From NCBI GenBank assembly GCA_965224085.1, contig CBDCYI010000009.1, forward strand, positions 628,162 through 692,161: a stretch of DNA of 64,000 nucleotides, in the 5' to 3' direction. Shown here piece by piece: positions 40,576 to 50,679 of the stretch (its first letter is position 1; each line of letters opens with the position of its first letter). The notes below the pieces were generated by a model, which was not told the DNA's origin, searched no databases, and was given only the letters and a program-made list of their open reading frames with translations. Origin of the DNA: Candidatus Marinacidobacterales bacterium (GTDB taxonomy: Bacteria > Acidobacteriota > Vicinamibacteria > Marinacidobacterales > SMYC01). A program made the position numbers and the translations under genes.

Positions 40576-40877
40576 CCTGCCACGATCGGTTTCTCCGTAC
40601 CGGTCGACCCGACGATGCCACCGGCGTCTTATGAATGTGGAGAGGCTCGCTCTTGCGACTGTTTTCAAATGTCCGGCCTATTGTTCTGGACGCCAGGGCT
40701 CGACCCTAGACGGTCGTTGGAGATCCTCGCCTATTCGAACAAGGTGACACCAATGCCCTGGGAGGGTGACGTTGCGGCCGGCGATTCTGGTCCCCCCGTA
40801 CGCGGAGGGCAACACGGTCCAGAAGCGGGTTGCCACGCTCCCTGGGCGAAGACCTGGGAGCCAGGTCCTGGGCAAAG

Positions 40878-41196
40878 ACGGACATAAGGGAGGCCCGGGC
40901 CGCACCTGGACCAGAACGTGCTAGCCGGCTACGCCGCCGTAGCCCCGGCCTCGATTCTGGACCTCTCGGGTGGCCTCTTTTCCGCTGCCGCAGGGCGCGG
41001 TCCGCGGCCCTCTTCCTTCTTTAGCGCAAACTTGTCCCTCGGAAATCGAGATTAGAGACGAAAACCGAAAATGAGGCCCCCTCAGCCCTTCTAGCGCGTC
41101 TCTGGTGCCACCTAATCCTGGAAAACCCCGCCAACCGCGCGGAAAATCCCACCCGTCTCTGCAGGGCCACAATTGGCCAGACTGGGTGGCGGAGAG
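40878..41196 (+). repeat. Copy R2 (presumably the native one) of the tRNA-Ser 3'-flanking sequence. It abuts the 3' end of tRNA-Ser.
   Basis: Matches 13793-14116. Confidence 0.8.
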
Positions 41197-41281
41197 GGAG
41201 GGATTCGAACCCTCGACACAGGCTCATCACCCGTGTAACTGCTTAGCAGGCAGCCCTGATCAGCCACTCCAGCACCTCTCC
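41187..41281 (-). tRNA. tRNA-Ser with anticodon GCU (long variable arm). CCA is encoded.
   Basis: Reverse complement GGAGAGGTGCTGGAGTGGCTGATCAGGGCTGCCTGCTAAGCAGTTACACGGGTGATGAGCCTGTGTCGAGGGTTCGAATCCCTCCCTCTCCGCCA. Acceptor stem GGAGAGG/CCTCTCC, T-loop TTCGAAT, anticodon loop CTGCTAA. Confidence 0.85.
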
Positions 41282-41283
41282 GC

Positions 41284-42588
41284 TTGGGACGACTGGGCTT
41301 TCTGAGGCGGGTTCATATTACAATGTCTCCCACCAGCCCGTCAAAAAGCATGCGTAATGCACATCCTCGCCTTCCAATATTACGGCGTGACATCGATGTC
41401 ATGCCTTCGCCGATCGCCGAGCAGCCAGGACTCTTGCTGCGCGATCCGTTTCGCTACACCGACGACGTGCTCGTAATCCCTCCGGCATGGGTCGCTCTTC
41501 TTAGGTGTCTCGACGGCGCGCATTCGATGCTCGATGCGCAGGCGGTGATGACGCGCCTCGCCGGAGGGAAGATTGTTCCGCGAAGCGAGCTGCAGGAGTT
41601 CGTGACAATCCTGAGCGACACGGGATTCCTCGACGACGAAGGGCTCGCGCGCCGAGTCGAGCGATCGCACGACGCGTTTCGCGCGTCGCCGGTGCGCGAG
41701 GAAATTCTCGCCGGCTCCGCCTACCCTTCCGAGCGACAGGCGATCGAGAGCTTGCTCGATGCGCGCATCGACGGCGCTCAGCGAAAATCAGATGAAGCGT
41801 GGCCGCTTGCGATCGCGGCACCTCACGTCTCACCGGAGGGCGGCTACGCGTCTTACGGTGCGGCCTATGCTTTGCCGGAGGTCTCGGGTGAGGACACAAA
41901 GACGTTCGTGATCCTCGGCACATCGCATTACGGCGCTCCAGAGCGATTCGGCGTGACGGCGAAGCCGTTCCGCACGCCGCTCGGTACGGTCGAGATCGAC
42001 CAAGACGCGCTGTCATTTTTTGTGGAACGAGGCGGGGACGCGGTGGCCGAAGAAGACTACTGCCACCGAACCGAGCACTCCATCGAGCTTCAAGTACTCT
42101 TTCTGCAATATCGACTCGCTCAACCCTTCCGCATTCTTCCCATCCTTTGCGGCCCGTTCGTCGATAGCCTAGTCCGTGGTGTCCCGCCGGAGACACTCGA
42201 CGGCAATGCGCGCGTGTTGGACGCCCTCACCGAGCTCGCCACGAAGCGTCCCGGCCTCGTTTGGGTTCTCGGCGTCGACATGGCGCATGTCGGTGTGCGC
42301 TACGGCGAAAACGAGCCCGCCCGCGCGTATGAAGGACGCATGCTAGAGGTACGCGAGCAAGACGAGCGGCGCTTGGAGCGCGTTGCGGCGGGCGATGCTG
42401 AAGGATTCTTCGAGCTCGTACACCCAGAAGGGGATGCGCTCAACTGGTGCGGTTATGCACCGATCTACACGTTCCTTCGAGCCATGCATACGAGGCGGGT
42501 CGAAGCCTCGGTGTGCTCCTACGAACAGTGGAACATCGACCCAGCCTCCGTCGTCACGTTCGCCGCGCTCCACTTCCAGGAAAAATGA
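41284..42588 (+). CDS. MEMO1-family protein (AmmeMemoRadiSam system protein B-like) with an N-terminal extension. The exact start is uncertain.
   Basis: ...KTFVILGTSHYGAPERFGVTAKPFRTPLGTVEIDQDAL...YCHRTEHSIELQVLFLQY...VWVLGVDMAHVG.... Confidence 0.65.
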   Translation: MGRLGFLRRVHITMSPTSPSKSMRNAHPRLPILRRDIDVMPSPIAEQPGLLLRDPFRYTDDVLVIPPAWVALLRCLDGAHSMLDAQAVMTRLAGGKIVPRSELQEFVTILSDTGFLDDEGLARRVERSHDAFRASPVREEILAGSAYPSERQAIESLLDARIDGAQRKSDEAWPLAIAAPHVSPEGGYASYGAAYALPEVSGEDTKTFVILGTSHYGAPERFGVTAKPFRTPLGTVEIDQDALSFFVERGGDAVAEEDYCHRTEHSIELQVLFLQYRLAQPFRILPILCGPFVDSLVRGVPPETLDGNARVLDALTELATKRPGLVWVLGVDMAHVGVRYGENEPARAYEGRMLEVREQDERRLERVAAGDAEGFFELVHPEGDALNWCGYAPIYTFLRAMHTRRVEASVCSYEQWNIDPASVVTFAALHFQEK

Positions 42589-42600
42589 GAAGTTTCATCG

Positions 42601-44067
42601 TCATGGACTCGCGGGTTTCCGGTAATCGAGCGGCGGCAGGCGATCACCGACGAGCGATTCGTAAACGAAATCAGGTCCCACGCGACGATCCCGCTCGCGA
42701 TGGGCTTGCTGGACGATCTCGGGATCCGAGAAGACATCGATAGCGGTGAGCGTCAACGTTTTGGCTGCGACGATCATCCCCTTGTTGCCGATAGACGTTC
42801 CGCCCGCGGCGATGGCTTGCCATGAGTGGGCCGGAGTCCCCGGCACCCATGTGGCCGTGCGCAGCCCGGCCGTGGGCACGACCCAGCTGACATCCCCGAC
42901 ATCTGTGGACCCGCCACTGCCTTCATCGGTGACAAAGAATTCTTGCACTTCCGCAGCGGACGATATCGGGAGCACGTCACCGGTGAACGATTCCTGTATC
43001 CCTTCGCCGAATCGACGCTCTTCGCCCGTATATTCCACGCCGCCGACCTGCTCGAGACTCTCGTACATCCTGCGCGCGAGCGCCTCGTTCGGCAGAAGCG
43101 CATAGATGCCGTGAATCACTTCGAACTCCATGCGCGTTTCCGTCCCGAGCGCCGCGCCCTCCGCGGCCTTCACGACGCGATCGAAAATCGCGACCACGTT
43201 CTTGGGGTCGGGATTACGGACATAGTAATAGACCTCGGCAAAGTCGGGGACAACATTCGGCGCCGCGCCACCCGAGGTGATCACGTAGTGGATGCGCGTT
43301 TCTTGAGAAACGTGCTCACGAAGCATGTTGACCATCGAATTCATCGCCTCCACGCCATCGAGCGCCGAGCGCCCTCTCTCCGGCGCGCCCGCGGCATGGG
43401 CGGACAATCCATGGAAGCGAAACTTCGCGGACTTGTTCGCGAGCGAGCTGCCCGCTGAAGCACTATTCCTGTCACCAGCGTGCCAATGAAGCACAGCGTC
43501 CACGTCGTCGAACAGACCCTCACGAACCATGTAGACTTTGCCGGCGCCGCCTTCTTCGGCCGGCGTGCCGTAGAGCCGAATCGTGCCCTGGGTTCCCGAG
43601 CGGTCGAGCCACTCTTTGACAGCAATGGCCGATGCCACCGAAGCCGTGCCGAACAAGTGATGCCCGCAAGCGTGCCCGGCGCCTTTGGTGTCGATCGTTT
43701 TTCTCTCCGGCACCCGATCCTGCGAGATTCCCGGCAGCGCGTCGAACTCCGCGAGAATGCCGATGATGGGCTCACCTAACCCAAAGGTACCCACGAACGC
43801 GGTGGGCATCCCAGCGACACCGGCTTCGACGGCGAACCCTGCATCTCGAAGCGTGCTTTGCAAGAGCTCCGAGCTTCGCGTCTCCAGATAACCGACTTCC
43901 GCGTAATCCCAAATCTGCTGCGCGATGCCAGCATATTCTTCAGCCAACGCTTCGATGCCACGGATCACGTCTCCATCAGGCTGCGCCGCCACGGGCTGGT
44001 CCAACGAGGCAGCAAGGACTAAAAGCGACCACACTTGAATATGTTTCACGAACCCCTCCTCTCGCAC
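42601..44067 (-). CDS. M20D-family amidohydrolase/peptidase, secreted.
   Basis: ...KGAGHACGHHLFGTASVASAIAVKEWL...; N-terminal signal peptide MFHEPLL...SLVLAASL. Confidence 0.7.
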   Translation of the reverse strand: MREEGFVKHIQVWSLLVLAASLDQPVAAQPDGDVIRGIEALAEEYAGIAQQIWDYAEVGYLETRSSELLQSTLRDAGFAVEAGVAGMPTAFVGTFGLGEPIIGILAEFDALPGISQDRVPERKTIDTKGAGHACGHHLFGTASVASAIAVKEWLDRSGTQGTIRLYGTPAEEGGAGKVYMVREGLFDDVDAVLHWHAGDRNSASAGSSLANKSAKFRFHGLSAHAAGAPERGRSALDGVEAMNSMVNMLREHVSQETRIHYVITSGGAAPNVVPDFAEVYYYVRNPDPKNVVAIFDRVVKAAEGAALGTETRMEFEVIHGIYALLPNEALARRMYESLEQVGGVEYTGEERRFGEGIQESFTGDVLPISSAAEVQEFFVTDEGSGGSTDVGDVSWVVPTAGLRTATWVPGTPAHSWQAIAAGGTSIGNKGMIVAAKTLTLTAIDVFSDPEIVQQAHRERDRRVGPDFVYESLVGDRLPPLDYRKPASP

Positions 44068-44119
44068 GACGCGATTCTAATCGACGAGCCTGTACATCAG
44101 GTAGTACCGTTGTGCCAGT

Positions 44120-44160
44120 CTTCATTCAGACCATGTGTGGAAGGGCTTGTATATAATGGT
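44120..44160 (+). promoter_or_regulatory. rnpB promoter with a TATAAT -10 element at 44152-44157.
   Basis: The TATAAT lies 8-9 nt upstream of the predicted first nucleotide of the P1 helix. Confidence 0.45.
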
Positions 44161-44165
44161 CCCTG

Positions 44166-44563
44166 CCTGTTCGAGCCGGCCGGACGGTCGCTGGCTTTCT
44201 TCGGAAAGCGAGAGGAAAGTCCGAACTCCATAGGGCAGTGTGCTGGCTAATGACCAGTCCGGGCGACCGGAAGGAAAGTGCCACAGAAAACGTACCGCCA
44301 CTTCCCGGCGCCTCGGCGCCTTGGAGCGGTAAGGGTGAAAAGGTGCGGTAAGAGCGCACCGCTTGGGTGGTGACATCCAAGGCAGGGTAAACCCCACACG
44401 GAGCAAGACCAAATAGGGGGGCGTTCGAGAGTGGCCCGCTCGAAGCTCCCGGGTAGGTCGCTCGACCGGACGAGCAATCGCTTCGGCTAGATAAATGATC
44501 GTCGCTTCTCGGAGGGTGACCGACGAGAGGAACAAAATTCGGCTTACGGCCGACTCGAGCAGG
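44166..44563 (+). ncRNA. rnpB: RNase P RNA (bacterial type A), about 398 nt.
   Basis: Universally conserved blocks GAGGAAAGTCCG...ACAGAAA...GGTAAGGGTGAAAAGGTGCGGTAAGAGCGCACC...AGGGTAAACCCCAC...GAGCAAG. The P1 helix pairs cctgttcgagccggcc with ggccgactcgagcagg. A T-run follows. Confidence 0.9.
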
Positions 44564-44667
44564 TTTTTTTCAGCATTCAGCGTTCAGGAATCTCTCAAGG
44601 ACTGCGGCCGTACAGCTTTGGCTTCAGCCTTCTGGAGTTCCTGAATACTGATCGCAGAATGCTGATC

Positions 44668-45843
44668 TCAACCCTTCTTGCGGCCGAAAATGTTTCTTAG
44701 GCCGCCGAGGCTTCCGCCGGAGTCGCTCTTTTTGCTGACGACCTTCGCTTGAATGTTTTGGTTCTCGGGGTCGTAGATCGCCGCTTGTTCGTACATCTTC
44801 TGAGCGCGGGTCGTCATGCCTTTGTCTTCGTATATCTGTCCGAGCCCGAACAGACATTCCGCGTCGAACTGATCCGTCTGGAGAACGTGTCGAAATTCCT
44901 CCTCCGCTTCTTTTGCCCAGAGCGGGTTCTTCATCAGCGCGTGGGCGAGGAGCTTGTGGTAGCTTGCCTTCGGGTAGAGACGGATGGCTTCCCGCAGCGA
45001 CTGAATGGCATCGAAGAAGTGCATCTCGTCATAGTGCCTTTTTCCCTCGCCGAAGAGCTGGTCAGATCGTCGTTCGAGGGCCGCTTCCGACGCATGCTCC
45101 GCTTTGCGAGAGGTATCCCCGTCGCTTCCGGCTGCCGCCTCTTCGCCATCGCCGTGCTTCAGCGACTGGTCGTAGCGATGCCGATCCGCCGTGGACGAAA
45201 GCGTCTGATAGGCATGGGTGACCTTGCTGAAGAGCTCTTCGAGCAAGCCGTGGACATCGCTCAAATGAAGCGAGTGATGGCGGTCGGGGTGATACTTCTT
45301 CGCCATCGCGTAATACGCCTTCTTGATCTCATTCTCATTGGCATTGAACCTCACCTCTAGCAGAGTGTAAAGAGTCGAGTCGGCCAGCGAGGCGTGCTTC
45401 ACTACGACATCCTCGCGCACGGCAATCTCTTCGGGCGTCGGTCCCGGAGCGTCCGGCGGCACGGCGGTGGCGGTCGGTGGCGCTTTTATCGGAGGTGTTT
45501 GAACCGGGGTCGCTTGAGGCGGCGATGTTGCGGGCGGCTTGGGTGCACTCGCAGCCGGTGGGTCGACCGGTGGCGGCGCGACAGATGGCACGGGTTGGGG
45601 CGGCGGCGGTTCGATGCGCGGAAGGTCCGACACTGGCGCGTCGTCCTCGAGGGCGGGCGCGCGCGAATCGCCCTGGAGCACGAGCACCCCGGCCGAGATG
45701 AGCCCGTAGATACATCTCAGCGTCTCGTCCTCTCCGACCGGTGAGACCGCGAAAATGTTGTCGATGGAGCTCATGCCGTCGACCCGAGACAGAATGAAAT
45801 ATTCCGACTGGCTCAAACTCGACATCTTCTGATACAGAAGCAA
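44668..45843 (-). CDS. DnaJ (J-domain) protein with a Pro-rich linker and C-terminal TPR repeats.
   Basis: ...YTLLEVRFNANENEIKKAYYAMAKKYHPDRHH... (J domain); TPR-like units at the C-terminus. Confidence 0.7.
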   Translation of the reverse strand: MLLYQKMSSLSQSEYFILSRVDGMSSIDNIFAVSPVGEDETLRCIYGLISAGVLVLQGDSRAPALEDDAPVSDLPRIEPPPPQPVPSVAPPPVDPPAASAPKPPATSPPQATPVQTPPIKAPPTATAVPPDAPGPTPEEIAVREDVVVKHASLADSTLYTLLEVRFNANENEIKKAYYAMAKKYHPDRHHSLHLSDVHGLLEELFSKVTHAYQTLSSTADRHRYDQSLKHGDGEEAAAGSDGDTSRKAEHASEAALERRSDQLFGEGKRHYDEMHFFDAIQSLREAIRLYPKASYHKLLAHALMKNPLWAKEAEEEFRHVLQTDQFDAECLFGLGQIYEDKGMTTRAQKMYEQAAIYDPENQNIQAKVVSKKSDSGGSLGGLRNIFGRKKG

Positions 45844-45866
45844 CGGGTTTTCGTTCTGCTCTCGAC

Positions 45867-46928
45867 GTGTGTAACGCTTGCGGATACGCGGCGCCTTCGT
45901 TTAACTCGTGCCGCAATCGGCACTGTCCCAAGTGTCAGAGCCTAGCCCAGGCGAAGTGGATGGAGCAGCGAGCTCAGAGGATTCTTCCGACTCACTATTT
46001 CCACGTCGTTTTCACCCTCCCGCAGCAACTCAAGCCTCTCGCCCGAGACAATCCCAAGTTCATGTTCAACCTCCTGTTTCGCGCCGCCTCGCGAACTCTA
46101 TTGGAGTTCGGCCAAAGCCGGCTCGAAGCTCAACTTGCCTTCACCGCCGTACTGCACACCTGGACCCGGAAGCTCCTGTTCCATCCACACCTGCATTGCA
46201 TCGTCTCCGGGGGCGGGCTCAACCACCCTCAGCAGCTGTGGAACGCCGCAAACCCTCGCTTTCTGTTTCCCGTCAAGGCCATGTCGCGGCTTTTTCGCAG
46301 CAAGTTTCTCGATGCCCTTAGGCTCGCTTACGACCAAGATGAGCTTGAGTTGAGCGCAAACGCTTCCCACCTCAGAAACCCACCTCGCTTCCGGGAGCTG
46401 AAAGACAAGCTCTACCGCATCGATTGGGTCGTTTACAGCAAACGACCCTTCGGTGGCCCAGAGCAGGTTTTCAACTACCTCGGCCGATATACCCACCGGG
46501 TCGGCATCTCCAACCGCCGACTCATTCGCATCGACCACTACGGCGTCTGCTTCGCCACCAAGAATGGTAATACCGTTACCGTCCCCCCAGAGGAATTTAT
46601 CCGCCGTTTCCTCCTGCACGTACTGCCGAAAGGTTTCGTCAAGATTCGCCATTTCGGCTTAATGGCCTCCTCCAATGCGACCACCAAGCTCGTAGTCGCG
46701 CGCCAGTTGCTCGATGAGAAAACAAAACCCACGACCGACGCCGACGACGTGCAAGTCAGCTCGCGTGCCACCGAGGACAAGGACTGGCGCGAGCGGCTCA
46801 AGGAGCTCACCGGCATCGACCTCACCATCTGTCCCCGCTGCAAGAAAGGTCGCATGCTCCGATGCCCTCTCTCCACGAAGCTTCGACGGATCAACCTCCA
46901 GATCCGCTCCCCTCCAGATGAGTCATGA
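45867..46928 (+). CDS. IS91-family HUH (Y2) transposase, lacking about the first 60-80 aa of the N-terminal zinc-binding domain.
   Basis: CNACGYAAPSFNSCRNRHCPKCQ (end of the Zn-binding domain), HUH motif HTWTRKLLFHPHLHCIVSGGGL, Y2 motif YLGRYTHRVGISNRRL. Confidence 0.75.
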   Translation: MCNACGYAAPSFNSCRNRHCPKCQSLAQAKWMEQRAQRILPTHYFHVVFTLPQQLKPLARDNPKFMFNLLFRAASRTLLEFGQSRLEAQLAFTAVLHTWTRKLLFHPHLHCIVSGGGLNHPQQLWNAANPRFLFPVKAMSRLFRSKFLDALRLAYDQDELELSANASHLRNPPRFRELKDKLYRIDWVVYSKRPFGGPEQVFNYLGRYTHRVGISNRRLIRIDHYGVCFATKNGNTVTVPPEEFIRRFLLHVLPKGFVKIRHFGLMASSNATTKLVVARQLLDEKTKPTTDADDVQVSSRATEDKDWRERLKELTGIDLTICPRCKKGRMLRCPLSTKLRRINLQIRSPPDES

Positions 46929-47361
46929 TCACGATGCTTTCGCTCCGCCTCTCACAACGCCGACCGGTCGTTGAAACGGACTCGTGTGTCTCGTCGCGAA
47001 CTCATAACGCTACCGTGGTGGTTACCGCACCGGGTAGGCCCTTCTTCTATCTTCCCCGCCATATCTCTGTCGATTCGCAACTCCCTGACGTCCAACTCCG
47101 ACTTCCTGTCCGACCGTCTTCTCACTCCAATTTATGCATAGTTGCCGCTAGCTGGGCGGCTTAGTTCAATTACGGTTTGCACGAATGCTCGCTCTACAAG
47201 CATCGTGCCTCGCGTAACGCCGTGCTTCGCTCGATTCCTGCAAACCGCTATTAATTATGTTAACATATTCTGGATCCTAACGGCGAGTCCAGATGCTGGT
47301 TAGGTTGACGATTGTCCTAGCCCCCCATAAACTAATCCGCATTGTTCCGGGGGGGTTCTAG

Positions 47362-48297
47362 GTGAGTTTGTATTTGGTAACCGGAGGCGCCGGGTTCGTC
47401 GGGTCCTATCTGGCGCGCTTTCTGTTGGATCGCGACGAAGAGGTCCGCGTTCTCGACAACTTTTCGACGGGCAAGCGCGAGAATTTGACGGAAGTCGAGC
47501 GCCGCATCGAGGTTGTCGAAGGCGACCTCAATGATCCGGCGGCCTTGTCGCGGGCGGTTTCGGGTGTCGACTACGTTTTCCACGAGGCGGCTATCCCATC
47601 CGTGCCACGTTCGGTCGACGAGCCGGTCGAATCGCACGAGGCGAATGCGACGGGAACGTTGAGCCTGCTATGTGCGTCCAAGGAGGCAGGGGTTCGGCGG
47701 CTCGTTTACGCGTCCTCGTCGTCGGTCTACGGCGCCAATCCTGAGCTTCCCAAAATCGAGACGATGCGTACCGAACCTCTTTCGCCCTACGCAGTGGCGA
47801 AGCTTGCCGCCGAGCACTATTGCACCGTGTTCCATCAGCTCTACGGTCTCGAGACCGTGTCTCTACGATATTTCAACGTGTTCGGCCCTCGCCAAGATCC
47901 GAACGCGCCCTATTCTGGGGTCGTCAGTCGTTTCATTGACGCCATCCTTTCCTCGATGCCGCCGACCATTCACGGCGAAGGCGATCAAACGAGGGACTTC
48001 ACGTATGTCGAAAACGTCGCGCAGGCCAACTTCGCCGCATGTCACGAGACTTCCGCCGCCGGCGGCGTGTACAACATCGGCTGCCAAACGCGCATTTCGG
48101 TGAACGAGCTTTGGGCCACCATGGCCGAGCTCACGAGCTCGAAGCTCGAGCCGTCCTACACTTCCGTCCGCTCGGGGGATGTGCCCCATTCGCTCGCGGA
48201 TATTTCAGCGGCGCGTTGCGATTTGCGCTTCGACCCCCAAATCGATGTGCGCGAAGGTCTAAAACGCACGCTCGAGTTCTACATTCCGGCGACATGA
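47362..48297 (+). CDS. NAD-dependent sugar epimerase/dehydratase (UDP-sugar 4-epimerase-like SDR).
   Basis: LVTGGAGFVGSYL...YASSSSVYG...YAVAKLAAEHY. Confidence 0.8.
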   Translation: MSLYLVTGGAGFVGSYLARFLLDRDEEVRVLDNFSTGKRENLTEVERRIEVVEGDLNDPAALSRAVSGVDYVFHEAAIPSVPRSVDEPVESHEANATGTLSLLCASKEAGVRRLVYASSSSVYGANPELPKIETMRTEPLSPYAVAKLAAEHYCTVFHQLYGLETVSLRYFNVFGPRQDPNAPYSGVVSRFIDAILSSMPPTIHGEGDQTRDFTYVENVAQANFAACHETSAAGGVYNIGCQTRISVNELWATMAELTSSKLEPSYTSVRSGDVPHSLADISAARCDLRFDPQIDVREGLKRTLEFYIPAT

Positions 48298-49577
48298 CCC
48301 GAGGCTCGCGACGGCAGGCATGGAGCAACCTTGCTCTGTGGTTTCTTCTATCCGTCGCGAGCTGGGCTGTCGTCGCTTGGTGGCTGGGTGTTCGTCGCAT
48401 CGGCGAGCTGCCCGCCGTGGCGCCGCCCCGCGCGGCCGATCGCGCCGCCTTACTGGTCCCGGCGGCGACGTCGATCCCGGATCGCCTGCGGCGCGACGAG
48501 ACGCTGTCGACCGTCCTCGCGCGCAACGGCTTTTCGAGCGCAGACGTCTACGAGATCGCACGAGCCCTTTCCGCCATCATGGATGTGCGTCACCTGCGAG
48601 CGGGTGACGAGTTCGAGTTCCACTACGATATATCAGGCGTGGCGAGCAGGATCCAGATCCATCGCACTCAGTTGCAACGGATCGCGCTGACGCGCTCCAG
48701 GCTCGGATGGCAATCGGAGTCCGAAGAAGTCGAGCTCACACGAAGTACGGTCTCGCTCACAAGTGTACTCGACGACAACCTTTTCGTGAGCATGAGCCGA
48801 CTCGGCGAAGGAGCGCCTCTCACGATCGCCTTCGCCAACGTGTTCGCCTGGGATTTCGACTTCCACACTGAGAGCCGCAATGGGGACCGATTTTCGGTCG
48901 TTGTCGAGAAGCTCTACCACGATGGTGTGTTCGTAGGATACGGCGATCTACGCGCGGCGAGCTACGTATCTTACTTGTCGAAAGAGCGTGTTTTCAGCGC
49001 CTTCTTATACGAGGATCCGGCAGGCAATCGCGACTATTACGACCCGGAAGGTAAGTCGATGCGAAAAGCGTTTTTGAGAGCGCCCCTCGACTTCGAGCGC
49101 ATCAGCTCCGGATTTTCCCGCTCTCGGCTCCACCCGATCCACAAAAGAAGGATGCCGCATCTCGGCGTGGACTACGCCGCGCGATCGGGCACTCCCGTCT
49201 ACTCGGTAGCTGCCGGGGTCGTCACGGACCGCAACTTCACCAAAGGAGGCGGCAACACGGTGACGGTCCGCCACGCGATGGGCTATACGACGAAGTATCT
49301 TCACTTGTCACGCTTCGCGCGCGGCCTGCGTGTGGGACGACGCGTCGAGCAGAAAGAAGTGATTGGCTATGTGGGCATGACAGGGTCCGCGACCGGACCG
49401 CATCTCGATTTCCGGCTCATCCACCACGGAAAAGCGGTCAACCCGGTGACACAAATCTTCCCCCCGGGCCCTCCGGTGGCGGGGGCGTATCGCGCCGATT
49501 TCGAGTCCCGAAAAGAGAAACTCGCGCGCCAGCTCGAAGCGCCTCGTCGGGCCGGCCGCGCCGTCGACGATTCGTAG
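48294..49577 (+). CDS. M23-family metallopeptidase with an N-terminal membrane anchor.
   Basis: HLGVDYAARSGTPVYSVAAGVV...GYVGMTGSATGPHLDFRLIHHGKAVNP. The ATG overlaps the epimerase stop. Confidence 0.75.
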   Translation: MTRGSRRQAWSNLALWFLLSVASWAVVAWWLGVRRIGELPAVAPPRAADRAALLVPAATSIPDRLRRDETLSTVLARNGFSSADVYEIARALSAIMDVRHLRAGDEFEFHYDISGVASRIQIHRTQLQRIALTRSRLGWQSESEEVELTRSTVSLTSVLDDNLFVSMSRLGEGAPLTIAFANVFAWDFDFHTESRNGDRFSVVVEKLYHDGVFVGYGDLRAASYVSYLSKERVFSAFLYEDPAGNRDYYDPEGKSMRKAFLRAPLDFERISSGFSRSRLHPIHKRRMPHLGVDYAARSGTPVYSVAAGVVTDRNFTKGGGNTVTVRHAMGYTTKYLHLSRFARGLRVGRRVEQKEVIGYVGMTGSATGPHLDFRLIHHGKAVNPVTQIFPPGPPVAGAYRADFESRKEKLARQLEAPRRAGRAVDDS

Positions 49578-49881
49578 CGCGGACTCGAGCGAGCGAGCTG
49601 TTTGAACGGACCTTGAAGCGGCGCGACCGGATCCGGCCCGATCCCCTGAATACGCGATTGAAGGCCGGTTCGATGTTCGCGCAGGCACGCTATACCGTCA
49701 CTTCGCCGATCGGGGTCTCACGTACCTGGGACCGGTGAACCCTACCTTTCTTGGATGCCTCTGGCCAACGCAGTGGGAGCGCTGGATGCGGGCAATCTGC
49801 AGAGGGGGTGCGGGACCCCCTTTGCCCCTTTACGCTGGTTCTTATAGCTAAGCTAATATTCCGAACTGCAACGGACTGGCG

Positions 49882-50640
49882 CTACTCGCTCGCCCCCTTG
49901 TCCGCGAGCAACGCGTCGACGGCGGCCTCCAAGTTTGCGAAGGGCTGATCGACGCTCGGCGCCGGCCGTAGATTCCCTTCGCGGTCGATGAGGAAGTTCG
50001 CCGGGTAACGCGCGGTGGCGCTGAAAATTTCTGGCACGTCTCCTTGGATCGTTAGCAGCGGATAGCTTACGGTGACTTCCTCGGTGAACGTCAACTGCGT
50101 TTCGACTTCTTCGGTCGAGAGTCCGAAGATCATAAACCCGTCGTCTTTGCGTGATTGGTAAAGCCGCTCCAGATCTGGCATTTCCTTGCGACACGGCCGA
50201 CACCAGGTTGCCCAGACGTTCACGAGCACGACTTTGCCATCGTGATCGGCCAGGCGGTGACGTTTCCCATAGATGTCGAAGGTGTCGAGGACCGGCGCCT
50301 TGACACCGCTCAAGGCGAGGTTCGTCGCCTGACTCTGGCGCTTCAGCACACCGCGAATGGGAAGCCAGGTGAGGGCGAGCGACAAGACCGCGAGCGTCAA
50401 GCCTACCTTCGCGGACGTGCTGAAGGCCGCGCGTCGTCGATCCCCGAGCGCAAGCAACAGCGTGATTACGAACGGGACGACCATCACGAACGTCGTCATC
50501 GAGAGTCGAAAGACGAAGTCGTCGTCACGGTTGGTGCTCGCGCTGGTGAGCGTGCCATAAACGAGAATGCCGAGCCCGGCCCCGAGCGCCGGAGACAGGA
50601 TGCCCGCGATTAGCGCGCGGTATGAAGAAAGTTTCGACAT
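49882..50640 (-). CDS. TlpA/ResA-like membrane-anchored thiol-disulfide oxidoreductase.
   Basis: WATWCRPCRKEMP thioredoxin motif; N-terminal transmembrane helices. Confidence 0.75.
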   Translation of the reverse strand: MSKLSSYRALIAGILSPALGAGLGILVYGTLTSASTNRDDDFVFRLSMTTFVMVVPFVITLLLALGDRRRAAFSTSAKVGLTLAVLSLALTWLPIRGVLKRQSQATNLALSGVKAPVLDTFDIYGKRHRLADHDGKVVLVNVWATWCRPCRKEMPDLERLYQSRKDDGFMIFGLSTEEVETQLTFTEEVTVSYPLLTIQGDVPEIFSATARYPANFLIDREGNLRPAPSVDQPFANLEAAVDALLADKGASE

Positions 50641-50679
50641 GGCGTCCCAGCATAGTCCAAATGAGAGACGAGCGGAAAT

